Shown here piece after piece: positions 9,506 to 20,158 of a DNA stretch of 64,000 bases. The DNA lies in NCBI RefSeq assembly GCF_032116555.1, contig NZ_CP134949.1, positions 2,976,001-3,040,000 on the forward strand, read 5' to 3'. How positions within the stretch are numbered: position 1 is the stretch's first letter; each line of letters opens with the position of its first letter. A model generated the notes under the pieces. It was not told where the DNA came from and ran no database searches. It was given only the letters and a program-made list of their open reading frames with translations. The stretch comes from Halorarum halobium (GTDB lineage: Archaea > Halobacteriota > Halobacteria > Halobacteriales > Haloferacaceae). The position numbers and the translations under genes were made by a program.

Positions 9506-10180
9506 GTGAAACACCTCCGGGTCACCGTCCACGTCGACGACGACCACGCGCCGGAGTTCTTCGAGCTGTTGGCCAGTTCGTCGTCCATCGCGGAGACTCG
9601 CCTGGTCGACTGGAGCATGACGGCCGGCGAACGGTCGACGCTGCTGTACACCGTCGACGGTGATCCGGCCACCTTCGCCGAACGGGCGGCCGACACCGCC
9701 GGAATCGAGTCGGTTGAGCTGTCCGGGACCACTCGAGGGCGGACGTACGCGCTGGTCGTCATGCGACCCCGAGAGACGCCGCTGTTCGCCGCGATCAACC
9801 GCGCAAGCGCGGAGGCGGGCCTCATCGTCCGCAAACCGATCGTCTATCGCGACGGAACCATGTCGGCTCGCGTCGTCGGGGAGGCTGCAGTGCTCCAGCG
9901 CGCGCTTGACGCTGCTCCCGACGGCGTCGACGTCCGCATCGACGAGATCGGCCAGCTCCGGGGTCATGCCGACGACCCGGTGGTTTCGCTGAGCGACAGA
10001 CAGCGCGAGGCGGTCGCCGTCGCGCTCGAACTCGGCTACTACAACCAGCCCCGCGAGGCGACTCACGAAGACGTGGCGGTCGAACTCGACTGTGCAGCGC
10101 CGACGGCCAGCGACCATCTCCAGAAGGCGGAAGCACGCATCGTCCGCGCGGTGATGGACGAGTTCGGGGTTGACGCGTGA
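9506..10180 (+). CDS. HTH_10 (bacterio-opsin activator-like) transcriptional regulator
   Basis: LSDRQREAVAVALELGYYNQPREATHEDVAVELDCAAPTASDHLQKAE; GTG start with TTTAAA at 9477-9482. Confidence 0.9.
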   Translation: MKHLRVTVHVDDDHAPEFFELLASSSSIAETRLVDWSMTAGERSTLLYTVDGDPATFAERAADTAGIESVELSGTTRGRTYALVVMRPRETPLFAAINRASAEAGLIVRKPIVYRDGTMSARVVGEAAVLQRALDAAPDGVDVRIDEIGQLRGHADDPVVSLSDRQREAVAVALELGYYNQPREATHEDVAVELDCAAPTASDHLQKAEARIVRAVMDEFGVDA

Positions 10181-10229
10181 GCCCTCTCGGGAACGCGGCC
10201 GTTCGGGCGGGTGGATGCCGTCATGGGAG

Positions 10230-10680
10230 ACTGCGGGAGGAGTTCGAGGCAGCGCGGAGATCGGTCGCACGGACTGTTCGGCGGACGGAGAACTGGCTGA
10301 CGTTTCCGTTCGCCGGGGGGAGTCGAAGGTGTCCCGGTCTCGGCGGACGAGCAGTCGCCCGAGTCGTGATGCGACGGACTGTTCTCACACTTGGAACACC
10401 TGATCGTGATGCTCGGCGCCCGGATCCGGGAGCGGACCCGCCGTCCTGTACCTGTCGGTCGAACTCGTCCTGCCTGGCTCGATACCCAGCGGTCCTCGTC
10501 GCTACTGGACACTGTAGTACGATGAGGAGCGTATTTCGATGTGAGTAGTCGTGAAAAGCGGCTCCGGACGGGAAGCCAGCGCTCGAACTGCTCGCGCTCG
10601 TCCGTGACACCTGCAACGCGCTCACGTGCCCACCGTCCGATCGTGGCCGCTCGTCGTCGCGGTCGCTCTCTCGGGCATGC
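10230..10680 (-). pseudogene. Frameshifted remnant of an ArdC-like ssDNA-binding/antirestriction gene
   Basis: Pieces in different frames: EQFERWLPVRSRF / FHDYSHRNTLLIVLQCPVATRTAGYR..QDEFDRQVQDG / IRAPSITIRCSKCENSPSHH; boundaries approximate. Confidence 0.75.
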
Positions 10681-10950
10681 TACTCCGCTCTCCACCCGGC
10701 GGGAGCGGACAACCCCGCCAAGATCAGACGGAGGGCGGCGTGACGACCCGGAACCTCACGGTGATCGCGTGCTTGCGACGGCCATCCGTTTCGCCCGCTC
10801 AGCCGTCCACGGCAGTCCGTGCAGGCGAACAGCAGTCGGAATCGCCCCGGCCGCCCGCTCCACGCGGTTCACCGTCTCTGTGAGGAGATCCACCCTCCAA
10901 CTCCCGGAACGCAGTCTCTGGTCAATCTGACGGCGGCTCTCGGTCGGCTC

Positions 10951-11970
10951 TCACCACGTGAGTTCGAACCGTGCTCCGCCTTCCGCGCTCTCCGCGAGTG
11001 TGATCTCCCAGCCGTGTCCCTCCACGATCTGGGTGACGATCGAGAGTCCGTAGCCGGTCCCGTCTTCCGTCGTCGAATAGCCGTGCTCGAAGACGTCTGC
11101 CCGGACCGGCTCCGGGATTCCCGGCCCGTCATCTGCGACGTACAGTCCCGCGTCTCCCGAGAGCCGTCCCACACGAACCGTGACGTCGGCTCCGGCGTGG
11201 TCGATCGTGTTGCGGAACAGGTTCTCGAGCAGTTCCCGCAAGCGACTGCGATCGGCGGTGATCGATCCCAGTTCGTCTTCGAGCTGGAGCGTCGCCCCGT
11301 GCGTCTCGACGCTGTTCCACGACTCGTGGACGGCGTCCGCGATACCAACGGACTCGGCGTCTCCCACGGAGTGGCCCTCCTTCGAGAGTTCGAGGACGTC
11401 GTCGACGAGATCGTCGATCCGATCGAGCGCGTCCGCGACTCGCTCGAGTTCCGGACTGTCGTGGGTCTCCCGTGCGAGTTCGGTATAGCCTTGCGCGACC
11501 GAGAGCGGATTTCGGATGTCGTGTGTCAGGATATCAGCGAACTCGTTCAGCCGGTCTCGTTGTGCCTGCAGCTGGTCCTCTCGTCGTCGCTGCTCGGAGA
11601 TGTCCCGGATGATGCCCGTGAAGTACTGGTCGCCACCGTGTTCGTGTTCGCGGAGACTGATCAGCGTCGGAACTTCGTGGCCGTCCTTGTGGAGGGCGGG
11701 GAGTTCGATGCCACCCCAGTCGATGTTCCGCTCCCCGGTCGTGACGTAGGAGTCGAGCGCCGCAGCATGGACCGGTTCGAGCCGATCGGGGATGATCTTC
11801 ATCTTCGAACTCCCGATCAGTTCGTCGGGCGCGTACCCCAGGATGTCCTCGACCGCCGGGTTCGCGTACACGATGTCGCTCTCCTCGTCGATGGTCAACA
11901 TCCCTTCGGCCGCGTTTTCAACGAGCGTCCGATAGACGTCGTCGTCGATCCGCGGGAGCGGAGAGTCCAT
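10951..11970 (-). CDS. PAS-domain sensor histidine kinase
   Basis: PAS (VYANPAVEDILGY), H-box THDIRNPL, N-box ENLFRN, DDGPG and GTGYGL boxes. Confidence 0.92.
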   Translation of the reverse strand: MDSPLPRIDDDVYRTLVENAAEGMLTIDEESDIVYANPAVEDILGYAPDELIGSSKMKIIPDRLEPVHAAALDSYVTTGERNIDWGGIELPALHKDGHEVPTLISLREHEHGGDQYFTGIIRDISEQRRREDQLQAQRDRLNEFADILTHDIRNPLSVAQGYTELARETHDSPELERVADALDRIDDLVDDVLELSKEGHSVGDAESVGIADAVHESWNSVETHGATLQLEDELGSITADRSRLRELLENLFRNTIDHAGADVTVRVGRLSGDAGLYVADDGPGIPEPVRADVFEHGYSTTEDGTGYGLSIVTQIVEGHGWEITLAESAEGGARFELTW

Positions 11971-12465
11971 CACCGTGCGAGCAATGGATGTACACAGTTA
12001 ACGCTTATCGCAAAACTGCTTCCCTCGGATATATATCAAAATTTGAATGGTTCGGAGATGACGATGGATATCGAGCCACTTGTTCCGGATCGGGTTCGAT
12101 CGACGTACTCCCCCGTTCGAATCCGGATGGCCCACCCGTGAGCCAGTTCGACGTGCCGACCGCTCCCGACGCTCGTTCCAGGATGGTAGTCAGTTGGAAT
12201 CCAACTGTAGAGAGTTACATACGTTGATAACTGAGTTGTCCTTTTCACGATAGGTACGCGTGTGAACAACTCGACGGGCGGGACGATCGCACGAAACCAA
12301 CATCGTATCGACTGGGCCCGACCGGCCGGCCACCGTGGGTGGAAAACGGAACGCCCGCAGTGATCACCGCGCCGATCACGGGACCGTCGAACGCACGGTG
12401 CTGCGGTGCCGAAGACGGTGGCGGAGCACCGAGGTCTCAGGTGCGTCAGCGACCTGCCATCGACG

Positions 12466-13029
12466 TCAGCGATCCTCGGTCGGGTGGTCGAGTTCCTTGT
12501 CCCACGCTTTCCACGTGTGAACCATGGGGACGAGTTCGTACTCCTCGATGATCGACGCGTCCTCGAACAGCTCCCACGTGTAGTCTTTCACGTCGTGGAG
12601 CGTCTCGTGCCAGAGGCGGACGAACAGGTCGTAGGTCCCCAGACAGGAGTCGAGCGAGTAGATGAGCTCCTCGTCGATCAGTGCGCCGATGAGCTCGTCC
12701 CGCTCCTCGGCGGTGGCACTCGAGTCGAGTTTGACGAGGACGTCAGCGTACGCGAGGTCGAGCTCCTGGAGCACGATGACGGCGTGAACGTCCACGGCGC
12801 CGCGGTCCAGCAGGTTCTCCCGGCGTCGGCGGACCGCGGTCCGCGATAGTCCGACCTGCTCTGCGAGCTCCGTGTCCGAGATCCGGCCGTTCTCGTTCAG
12901 CGCCCGGAAGATGCTGTAGTCGTGTTCGTCCAGGTATCCTTCCAGCAGCGCTCGATGGATCGAGTCGGCGTGCGAGTCGCTCTCGTCGTCTTCCGGCATC
13001 GGCTCGGGCTCTGATGGAGTGGACGTCAT
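12466..13029 (-). CDS. Lrp/AsnC family transcriptional regulator
   Basis: LNENGRISDTELAEQVGLSRTAVRRR HTH; GTYDLFVR RAM-like domain. Confidence 0.9.
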   Translation of the reverse strand: MTSTPSEPEPMPEDDESDSHADSIHRALLEGYLDEHDYSIFRALNENGRISDTELAEQVGLSRTAVRRRRENLLDRGAVDVHAVIVLQELDLAYADVLVKLDSSATAEERDELIGALIDEELIYSLDSCLGTYDLFVRLWHETLHDVKDYTWELFEDASIIEEYELVPMVHTWKAWDKELDHPTEDR

Positions 13030-13094
13030 TGCGTGGCGTCCGACGTGTTACGGTGCATTGGTATAATTCTGGGTAAGTACGTCGCCGTGGTTCG

Positions 13095-14228
13095 TCAGTG
13101 TCTCCCGATCACGGAGTGGTCCGAGAGCGGGCTGTAGTCGATGTCGTACCCGAACGCCTCCGGCCCGATGACGTCCAGGGCCGCGTCCGATTTCAACAGG
13201 TTCGGGGCGGGCACGCCGAGGACGGTGACGCGCTGGCCGTATCGGAGCGATCCCGTCGTGATCGGGGCCCCGGTGTCCTTGTCGACGATACAGATGAGGT
13301 CCGGGACCGACGCGAGGACGTCGTCGGCGGCGTCACGCGCGATGAGGAACTCGTTCTGGAACTCGATCGACAGCGACTCCTCGCCCTCGAGTGCCGCGAG
13401 CGAGACCTCGCCGAACGCGAACCCGTCACGGTTGCGACGGAAGACGTCGACGATCTTCCCGGTGAACAGCGACTCCGCGTGGAGCGTGTCTTCGATCGCG
13501 GCGATCGGGCTGCCGGCCCCCTCCCGGCTCTGATGGACACGGCGGCCGAGCTCGCGGGCCAGCGACACCGTGTCAGCGATCGCGTACTCGCCGACGAACG
13601 ACCCGTCCATCAGGGGGCACGCGTAGCCCGAGCGGCCGCCCATGTTCACGGTGATCGAGCGCGCGAACGTCTCGAGCTGTGACGGGCTCTGGATGTCCTG
13701 ATACACGACGCTGTTCCCGTGTTCGTCGGTGTTCGCGCCGTAGTTGACGGGCGCGCCGTAGATGAAGAACGTGTCCATCTGGAGCTCGGGGAACGCCCTC
13801 CCCATGCCGTCGCCATCGACGACCGGCAGCTCGGCGAGGGCCGCCACGCACAGCGGGGCGATGCTGTTCGCGCCGCCGATCTCGCCGGGGATGACCGCGT
13901 CGACCGTTTCGCCGGCTGCCGTCTCGATCGCGCGAAGCGAGTTGAGGTCCTCGTCGCCGCTCGAGAACTTCTCCCGGCTGATGGTCGGAGCGCCCATCCC
14001 GCCGACGCTCGTCACCGTCGCGTCGGGGTCGAGATCGTCCGGGCTGATGATCTCGACGTGGTCGGGGTGGGCGTCGTCCTCGAAGATGGTCTGGAGCCGC
14101 AAGCGACCCAGCCGCGGATCGCCGCCGCCGCCCGTGCCGAGGATGCCGGCGCCGGTGGCGAGCCACTCGAGGTCGTCCGTTCGGATCGTCGAGACGGTGG
14201 GAGCCGTCGTATCGTGTGTTGATGACAT
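13095..14228 (-). CDS. DUF917 family protein (thiohydantoin desulfurase-like), copy 3
   Basis: LGTGGGGDP, MGAP, GEIGGANS, DGDGMGRAFPELQM, FQNE, VPDLI motifs. Confidence 0.9.
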   Translation of the reverse strand: MSSTHDTTAPTVSTIRTDDLEWLATGAGILGTGGGGDPRLGRLRLQTIFEDDAHPDHVEIISPDDLDPDATVTSVGGMGAPTISREKFSSGDEDLNSLRAIETAAGETVDAVIPGEIGGANSIAPLCVAALAELPVVDGDGMGRAFPELQMDTFFIYGAPVNYGANTDEHGNSVVYQDIQSPSQLETFARSITVNMGGRSGYACPLMDGSFVGEYAIADTVSLARELGRRVHQSREGAGSPIAAIEDTLHAESLFTGKIVDVFRRNRDGFAFGEVSLAALEGEESLSIEFQNEFLIARDAADDVLASVPDLICIVDKDTGAPITTGSLRYGQRVTVLGVPAPNLLKSDAALDVIGPEAFGYDIDYSPLSDHSVIGRH

Positions 14229-14231
14229 GTG

Positions 14232-15311
14232 TCAGGTCGAGAGCGGGGTGTAGTCGGTTTCGATGCCGAACGTTCGGGGCCCCCAGACGTCGAGGGCCGC
14301 CTCCGAGCGCATGATCGGGGGGGTCGGGATCGCCAGGACGCGAGCGCGAGCGCCGTACCGCAAGCGTTCGGTCGGGATCGGGTCGCCAGATTCGCGATCC
14401 AGGACCGTGATGAGGTCCGGGACGGTGGCGACGTACTCCCCGTCACGTTTCGCGGCGAGGTTCTCGTTCTGGAACTCGATCCGCATCGAGGAGCCGTGAT
14501 CCTGGCCGAGCCCCGCGAGCTCGACGTGGCCGAGGACGAACCCCCCCTCGTTGCGGCGTTTGACGTCGACGATCTTCCCCTCGAACAGCGAGGTGGCCTC
14601 GCCGTAGATCGAGTCGGCCGTCACCGAGCGGATCGCGTCCACGACGTCCTCGCCGGCCGACCGGACCGCGGCACCGAGCTCCGACGCGAGCGACATCGTC
14701 CCCGGGATCGCGGTGTCTTTCACCTCCGCCCCGGACATCGGGTAGTCGGCGACGTAGCCGACGCCCCCCATCCGGACGGTGAGCCCGCGCGCGAGCCACT
14801 CGAGTTCGGCGTTGGACTCCGTTTCGAGCAGGCAGACGTTCCCGCGCTCGTCGCTGACCGCGGCCGGCGTCCCGTCGACGCCGTAGATGTTGAACGTCTC
14901 GTGCTGGAGTTCGGGGAACGCCCGCCCCATTCCGTCGGCGTCGACGAGCGGGATCCCCTTGCGGGCGGCGACCGCGAACGGGAAGGTGGAGTTGATCCCC
15001 CCGCACTCGATGGGCATGGTGGCGTCAGCCTCCGTCCCGAGTTCTCGTTCGAGGCGTTCGAGCGACGCGGCAGGCTCGCCGCCGCCGGGGACCTTCTCGA
15101 CGGCCACCGTCGGGGCACCCATCTGCGCGGTCGGGATGACCAGCGCGTCATCGTCCAGTTCCGCCGGGTCGATCAGCTCCACCGTGCCGTGCTCACGGAT
15201 CGCCTGCTTGGCGACGAGTTTCCCGACGTTCGGGTCGCCGCCGCCGCCCGTGCCGAGCACCGTCGCACCGAGGGCGACGTCCTCGACGTCGGCTTCCTCG
15301 ACGAGCATCAT
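14232..15311 (-). CDS. DUF917 family protein, copy 2
   Basis: LGTGGGGDP, MGAP, IECGGINS, DADGMGRAFPELQH, FQNE, VPDLI motifs. Confidence 0.9.
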   Translation of the reverse strand: MMLVEEADVEDVALGATVLGTGGGGDPNVGKLVAKQAIREHGTVELIDPAELDDDALVIPTAQMGAPTVAVEKVPGGGEPAASLERLERELGTEADATMPIECGGINSTFPFAVAARKGIPLVDADGMGRAFPELQHETFNIYGVDGTPAAVSDERGNVCLLETESNAELEWLARGLTVRMGGVGYVADYPMSGAEVKDTAIPGTMSLASELGAAVRSAGEDVVDAIRSVTADSIYGEATSLFEGKIVDVKRRNEGGFVLGHVELAGLGQDHGSSMRIEFQNENLAAKRDGEYVATVPDLITVLDRESGDPIPTERLRYGARARVLAIPTPPIMRSEAALDVWGPRTFGIETDYTPLST

Positions 15312-16858
15312 TCGTCGCCGAGCGTCCCCGCGGCTTTGACCTTGATGCGGACCGCGTTCCCGGGGAGGTACGACAGCGGCACCTCCTCGACGTCGACGAC
15401 GTCGACCGTCTCCTCGGCCGCGCCGGCCCCGACCGCGTTCTCGGTCGCCTCCGATTTCGCGGTTTCGAGCGCCTCGTCCCGGGTCTGGTCGTCGAGGCTG
15501 AAGATGCGGTCGACCTGTCCGGAGACCTGCGCGATGGCGACCCCGACCGCGTTCGCCACCTCGTAGTGGTCAGGCATGTACACCTCGCTGGCACCCTCCA
15601 GGTCGGCGGGAACGAGAATGCTCCCCCCGCCGACGACGACGACGGGGACCGGTTCGGGGCTCGTCTTCATCCGGTCGACCGCCTGCTCGACGCGGTCGCG
15701 GATGTGGCTGCGAGCGCCCTCGATCGTCTCGGCGTCCACGTCGGGCGACTCCGGGCCGATGTCGACCGACCCGCTCGCGACCTCGACGTCGGTCGCGGTG
15801 AGCGTCTCCCCGCCGAAGCAACGGCTCTCCTCGGTCAGCCGGTAGCCGACGCTCTGTGGGCCGACGGTGACGTCGTCGCCCTCGCGGGTCACGTGGGACC
15901 CGCCCCCGATCCCGATGCTGATCAGGTCCGGCATCCGGAAGTTCGTCTTGACGTCGCCGATCTCCACGGCGACGCTGCTCTCGCGGGGGAACCCGTCGGT
16001 CACCGCGCCGACGTCGGTGGTGGTCCCGCCGACGTCGACGATGATCCCGTTTTCCACGCCCGAGAGGTACGCCGCCCCGCGAACGGAGTTCGACGGGCCG
16101 CTCGCGACGGTGAAGATGGGGTACTCGAGCGCGTACTCGACGCTCATCAGCGTCCCGTCGTTCTGGCCGAAGTAGAGCTGTGCCTCGATCCCGCGCTCGT
16201 CCATCGCCTCGAGGAACGCGGAGGCGGCCTCGTCCGCGACGCTCGTGAGCGCCGCGTTCAGCGTCGTCGCGTTTTCACGCTCCAGGAGGCCGACGCTCCC
16301 GATCTCGTTCGACAGCGAGACCGGGACGTCCTCGCCGAGTTCCTCGTGGATCAGCTCCGCGACGCGCTCCTCGTGATCCTCGCGGACGGGCGAGAAGACG
16401 CTCGTGACCGCAAACGAGTCGGCGTCGCCGAACTCCCGGACGGTTTCCCGAACCTGCGCTTCGTCGAGGTCGTTGAGCGTCCGGCCGTCGAACTCGTGTC
16501 CGCCGTCGAGGATCGCGGTCTTCCCGCCGATCGCGGCCTCGAGATCGTCGGGCCACTCCAGCAGCGGCCGAACGCTCTCGGTCGCCGGCGCGCCCAGTCG
16601 GATGACGCCGACGTCGTTCAGCCCCCGCCGTTCGGTGATGGCGTTCGTCGCGTGTGTCGTCCCGAGCATGACGTACTCGAGTTCGTCCGCCGTGAACGCG
16701 ACGGCGTCGAGCACGTCGTCCAGCGCGTTGACGATGCCGGTCGTGATGTCCTCCGTCGTCGGGCGCTTGGTCTGCGTGATCGGGGAGTCGTCCTCGTCGA
16801 GGATGACCGCGTCCGTGTTCGTGCCACCTACGTCGATGCCGAGTCTGTATCCGTTCAT
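15308..16858 (-). CDS. Hydantoinase/oxoprolinase family (HyuA-like, actin-like ATPase fold) protein
   Basis: GIDVGGTNTD, GTTHATNA, LLERENAT, QNDGT, SGPSNSVRGA, VDVGGTTTD, ANAVG motifs. Confidence 0.92.
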   Translation of the reverse strand: MNGYRLGIDVGGTNTDAVILDEDDSPITQTKRPTTEDITTGIVNALDDVLDAVAFTADELEYVMLGTTHATNAITERRGLNDVGVIRLGAPATESVRPLLEWPDDLEAAIGGKTAILDGGHEFDGRTLNDLDEAQVRETVREFGDADSFAVTSVFSPVREDHEERVAELIHEELGEDVPVSLSNEIGSVGLLERENATTLNAALTSVADEAASAFLEAMDERGIEAQLYFGQNDGTLMSVEYALEYPIFTVASGPSNSVRGAAYLSGVENGIIVDVGGTTTDVGAVTDGFPRESSVAVEIGDVKTNFRMPDLISIGIGGGSHVTREGDDVTVGPQSVGYRLTEESRCFGGETLTATDVEVASGSVDIGPESPDVDAETIEGARSHIRDRVEQAVDRMKTSPEPVPVVVVGGGSILVPADLEGASEVYMPDHYEVANAVGVAIAQVSGQVDRIFSLDDQTRDEALETAKSEATENAVGAGAAEETVDVVDVEEVPLSYLPGNAVRIKVKAAGTLGDE

Positions 16859-17955
16859 TTGTCGTGCTCAGTGTGAATGTGTTCGATCGGTTCGTAGTCG
16901 ATGTCGTACTCGAAGTACTCCGGCCCGACGAGCTCGAGCCCGGCCGGCGTGCGCCACTTCTCGGAGCACTCCATGCCGATGACGGTGACGCGCTGGCCGT
17001 ACCGCAGGCCCTCCGTCGTCACCGGGTCGCCGGTTTCCGAATCCAGGACCGTGATGAGGTCCGGGACGCTCGCGAGCACGCCGCGCTCGCTGTCGCGCGC
17101 GACGAGGTGCTCGTTCTGGAAGTCGAGCGTGAGCGTCCGCCCCTCGTCGGCCGAGAGGCCGTCGATCGTCGCCTCCCCGACGGCGAAGCCGCCCTCCGTC
17201 CGGCGGGCGACGTCCTTCACCTTGCCATCGAACAGTTCGTAGCCGTCGACGAACTCGACGAGCGCGTCGATCGGATCCGCGGACGCCTCCTGTGCCTCCC
17301 GGATCGTCTCCCCGATGTCGCGGGCGTACGACATCGACCGCAGAATGCCGTGCTCCCGGAGCTGTGTCCCCGTGTGTGGGTACGTCGCGATCATGCAGGA
17401 GCCGCCCATGTCGATGCTCAACGTGCGGGCGAACTGCTCGGCCTTCTCGTTCGTCTTCGTGTCGACGAACACCGAGTTGCCCTTCTCGTCGGCGATCGCC
17501 ATCGGGGTCGCCTCGATCCCGCCCAGCGTGAGCGTCACCATCTGGACTTCGGGGAACGCGCGTCCCATGGCGTCCGCGTCGACGAGCGGGATCTCGAGCG
17601 CCGCGGCGACGGCGATCGGGATGGTGCTGTTGAGCCCGCCCGCCTCGATGCTCATGGTCGCGTAGGCCTCCTGCCCGATGGACCGCTCCAGCGCTTCGAA
17701 CGCCGCGACTGCCTCGCCCCCGTGGGGGATCTTTTCGACCATGACCGTCGGCGCCCCCAGCATCGCGCTGGGGACGACGAGTTCGTCGTCCGGAACGTCC
17801 GCCGGGTCGAGCAGTTCGACCGGTCCGTGTTCTTCGATCGCCTGTTCCGCCATCAGCCGGCCGATGTACGGGTCCCCCCCGCCACCGGTGCCGAGAACCG
17901 TGGCACCCGTGGCGAGGTCCGCAAGGTCCTCGCGTGTGATCGTGTCGTTACTCAT
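16855..17955 (-). CDS. DUF917 family protein, copy 1
   Basis: LGTGGGGDP, LGAP, IEAGGLNS, DADAMGRAFPEVQM, FQNE, VPDLI motifs. Confidence 0.9.
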   Translation of the reverse strand: MSNDTITREDLADLATGATVLGTGGGGDPYIGRLMAEQAIEEHGPVELLDPADVPDDELVVPSAMLGAPTVMVEKIPHGGEAVAAFEALERSIGQEAYATMSIEAGGLNSTIPIAVAAALEIPLVDADAMGRAFPEVQMVTLTLGGIEATPMAIADEKGNSVFVDTKTNEKAEQFARTLSIDMGGSCMIATYPHTGTQLREHGILRSMSYARDIGETIREAQEASADPIDALVEFVDGYELFDGKVKDVARRTEGGFAVGEATIDGLSADEGRTLTLDFQNEHLVARDSERGVLASVPDLITVLDSETGDPVTTEGLRYGQRVTVIGMECSEKWRTPAGLELVGPEYFEYDIDYEPIEHIHTEHDK

Positions 17956-19001
17956 GTGTTGGGTGTCCGCTCGGTCGCCGCCACCGGTTCCACCGCGGGA
18001 GCGTCCTCGAACGCCTCGGCGTGCTCCGGGTGGTAGATGTGGCAGCGAGCTTCGCCGTGTGCGTCGATGGAGTGCAGGGGCACGCGGTCGGTTTCACAGA
18101 CGTCCGTCGCGTACGGACAGCGCGTGTGGAACCGACAGCCGGAGGGGACGTTCTCCGGGCTCGGAATCTCGCCCTCCAGACGCTCCTGGTGTGGTTTGTA
18201 CGCCTCTTCGTCCTCGCTCGTCACCGGAATCGCCGAGAGGAGCGCCTGCGTGTACGGGTGGTGTGGCTGCTCGAAGAGCCGCCGGGTCGGTCCCCGTTCC
18301 TGGATCTGACCCAAGTACATGACGGCCGTGCGCTCCGCCACGTTCCGCACGAGCGAGAGGTCGTGCGTGATGAACAGGTACGTCAGATCGAACTCGTCCT
18401 GCAGGTCGTCCAGGAGGCGAACGATCTTCGCCTGCACGCTCACGTCGAGCGCGCTCGTCGGTTCGTCCAGGATCAACAGCTCGGGTTCGATCGAGATCGC
18501 CCGGGCGATGTTGATCCGCTGTTTCTGCCCGCCGCTCAACTCGTGCGGGTAGCGGTGGCGATGTTCGGGGTTCAACTCGACTCGTTCGAGCAGGCGTTCG
18601 ATCCGATCGACCCGATCGGCACGGGCCACGCCGCGTGCCTTCAGCGGGACCTCGAGGGTTTGCTCGACGGTCCGACGCGGATTCAGGCTGGACGTCGGGT
18701 CCTGAAACACCATCTGGACCTTCGTCCGGAGCGCTTCGAGCTCCGAGTCCGAGAGGTCCGTGACGTCCTCCCCATCGAACGTGACCGTGCCGCCGGTCGC
18801 CCGCTTGAGGCCGATGATCGTCTCCGCGACGGTGCTCTTTCCGCTTCCCGATTCGCCGATCAGCGCGAGCGTCTCGCCTCGCTCGATGTCGAACGACACC
18901 CCGTCGACGGCCTTCACGTGGCCCGTGGTGCGCTGGAACAGCCCCGACTTGATCGGGAAGTACTTCTCCAGGTCCCGAACCGAGAGGAGCGGATCGCTCA
19001 T
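17952..19001 (-). CDS. dppF: Oligopeptide/dipeptide ABC transporter ATP-binding protein
   Basis: GESGSGKS, LSGGQ, DEPT, HPYT, GCRFHTRC. Confidence 0.93.
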   Translation of the reverse strand: MSDPLLSVRDLEKYFPIKSGLFQRTTGHVKAVDGVSFDIERGETLALIGESGSGKSTVAETIIGLKRATGGTVTFDGEDVTDLSDSELEALRTKVQMVFQDPTSSLNPRRTVEQTLEVPLKARGVARADRVDRIERLLERVELNPEHRHRYPHELSGGQKQRINIARAISIEPELLILDEPTSALDVSVQAKIVRLLDDLQDEFDLTYLFITHDLSLVRNVAERTAVMYLGQIQERGPTRRLFEQPHHPYTQALLSAIPVTSEDEEAYKPHQERLEGEIPSPENVPSGCRFHTRCPYATDVCETDRVPLHSIDAHGEARCHIYHPEHAEAFEDAPAVEPVAATERTPNT

Positions 19002-20158
19002 TCGACGTCCCCCGTGGACCCGTCGGGCCCACTCTCGGGAACGGTCGTCGCGGCCGGGGCTGGCGAGGACTCACGCATCCTGTCGCGGGTGTCCTGCAGC
19101 GTCGGCTTCTCGTAGGGAGCCGGCTTCATCTCGTCGTAGAGGAAGCACGCGACGCCGTGCTCGCCTCCGGGCTCGGGCCGGAGTTCCGGTCGCTCGGTCT
19201 CACATCGGTCGTGAGCGTACGGGCACCGGGCCGCGAACCGACAGCCGCCGGGGGGACCGATGTACTCGGGGATCGACCCGTCGATCCCGTCGGCCATTGC
19301 TTCCCCGGTCAGCTTGGGGATCGACGCGATCAGGCCCTGCGTGTACGGGTGCTTCGGGTCCCGGAAGATCTCCTCGGTCGGCGCCGTCTCCACGATCCGA
19401 CCGGCGTACATGATGTACACGCGGTCGCTGAGCTGTCGTGCGACGCCCAGGTTGTGGGTGATCATCAGCAGCGACAGGTTCCGCTCCTCGATGAGATCCC
19501 TGAGCAGGTCCAGCACCTGGTCGTGGATGGTCACGTCGAGGGCGGTCCCGATCTCGTCGGCGATGAGGAGGTCCGGCTCGTTGAGGAGCGCCTGTGCGAT
19601 GAGCACCCGCTGGGACATGCCGCCCGACAGCTGGGACGGGTAGCTGTCCAGGATGCGCTCGGGATCGGGCATCTGGACCTCCTCGAGGAGCTCCAGCACC
19701 CGCTTTCGAGCCCCCGCACGGTCACCGTCGAGGTGCTTGCGGCGGAGGTACTCGAGGACGCCCACGTTCTGGTTGCCGCCGAACTGGGCCGTGTCGGTGA
19801 GCTGTTCGCCGACCGTGAACACGGGGTTCAGCGACGACATCGGGTCCTGGAAGATCATCCCGATATCCCGTCCCTTGATCCGGTCCACCTCGGTTCTCGA
19901 CGCGTTCAGGAGGTCGTGGCCCCTGAAGGAGATCTCGCCGGTCGGGATCCGCGCCGGGGGCTGCTGGAGCGTGCCGAGGATGGACCGCATGGTGACGGAC
20001 TTCCCGCAGCCGGTCTCGCCGACGACGGCGACGACTTCGCCCTCGTTCACCGTGAGGTCGACGCCGTCGATCACCTCCGCGGTGCCGTCGAACGAGTCGA
20101 AGTGGACGCGGAGGTCCTCGACCGAGAGGATCGGCTCCCCGTCACCGGCGCGACTCAT
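18998..20158 (-). CDS. dppD: Oligopeptide/dipeptide ABC transporter ATP-binding protein
   Basis: GETGCGKS, LSGGM, ADEI, HPYT, GCRFAARC. Confidence 0.93.
   Translation of the reverse strand: MSRAGDGEPILSVEDLRVHFDSFDGTAEVIDGVDLTVNEGEVVAVVGETGCGKSVTMRSILGTLQQPPARIPTGEISFRGHDLLNASRTEVDRIKGRDIGMIFQDPMSSLNPVFTVGEQLTDTAQFGGNQNVGVLEYLRRKHLDGDRAGARKRVLELLEEVQMPDPERILDSYPSQLSGGMSQRVLIAQALLNEPDLLIADEIGTALDVTIHDQVLDLLRDLIEERNLSLLMITHNLGVARQLSDRVYIMYAGRIVETAPTEEIFRDPKHPYTQGLIASIPKLTGEAMADGIDGSIPEYIGPPGGCRFAARCPYAHDRCETERPELRPEPGGEHGVACFLYDEMKPAPYEKPTLQDTRDRMRESSPAPAATTVPESGPDGSTGDVE

Noticed and set aside
10951..11970. Histidine kinase with no adjacent response regulator
   Set aside because: Orphan PAS kinases are common in haloarchaea, so this is not unusual.
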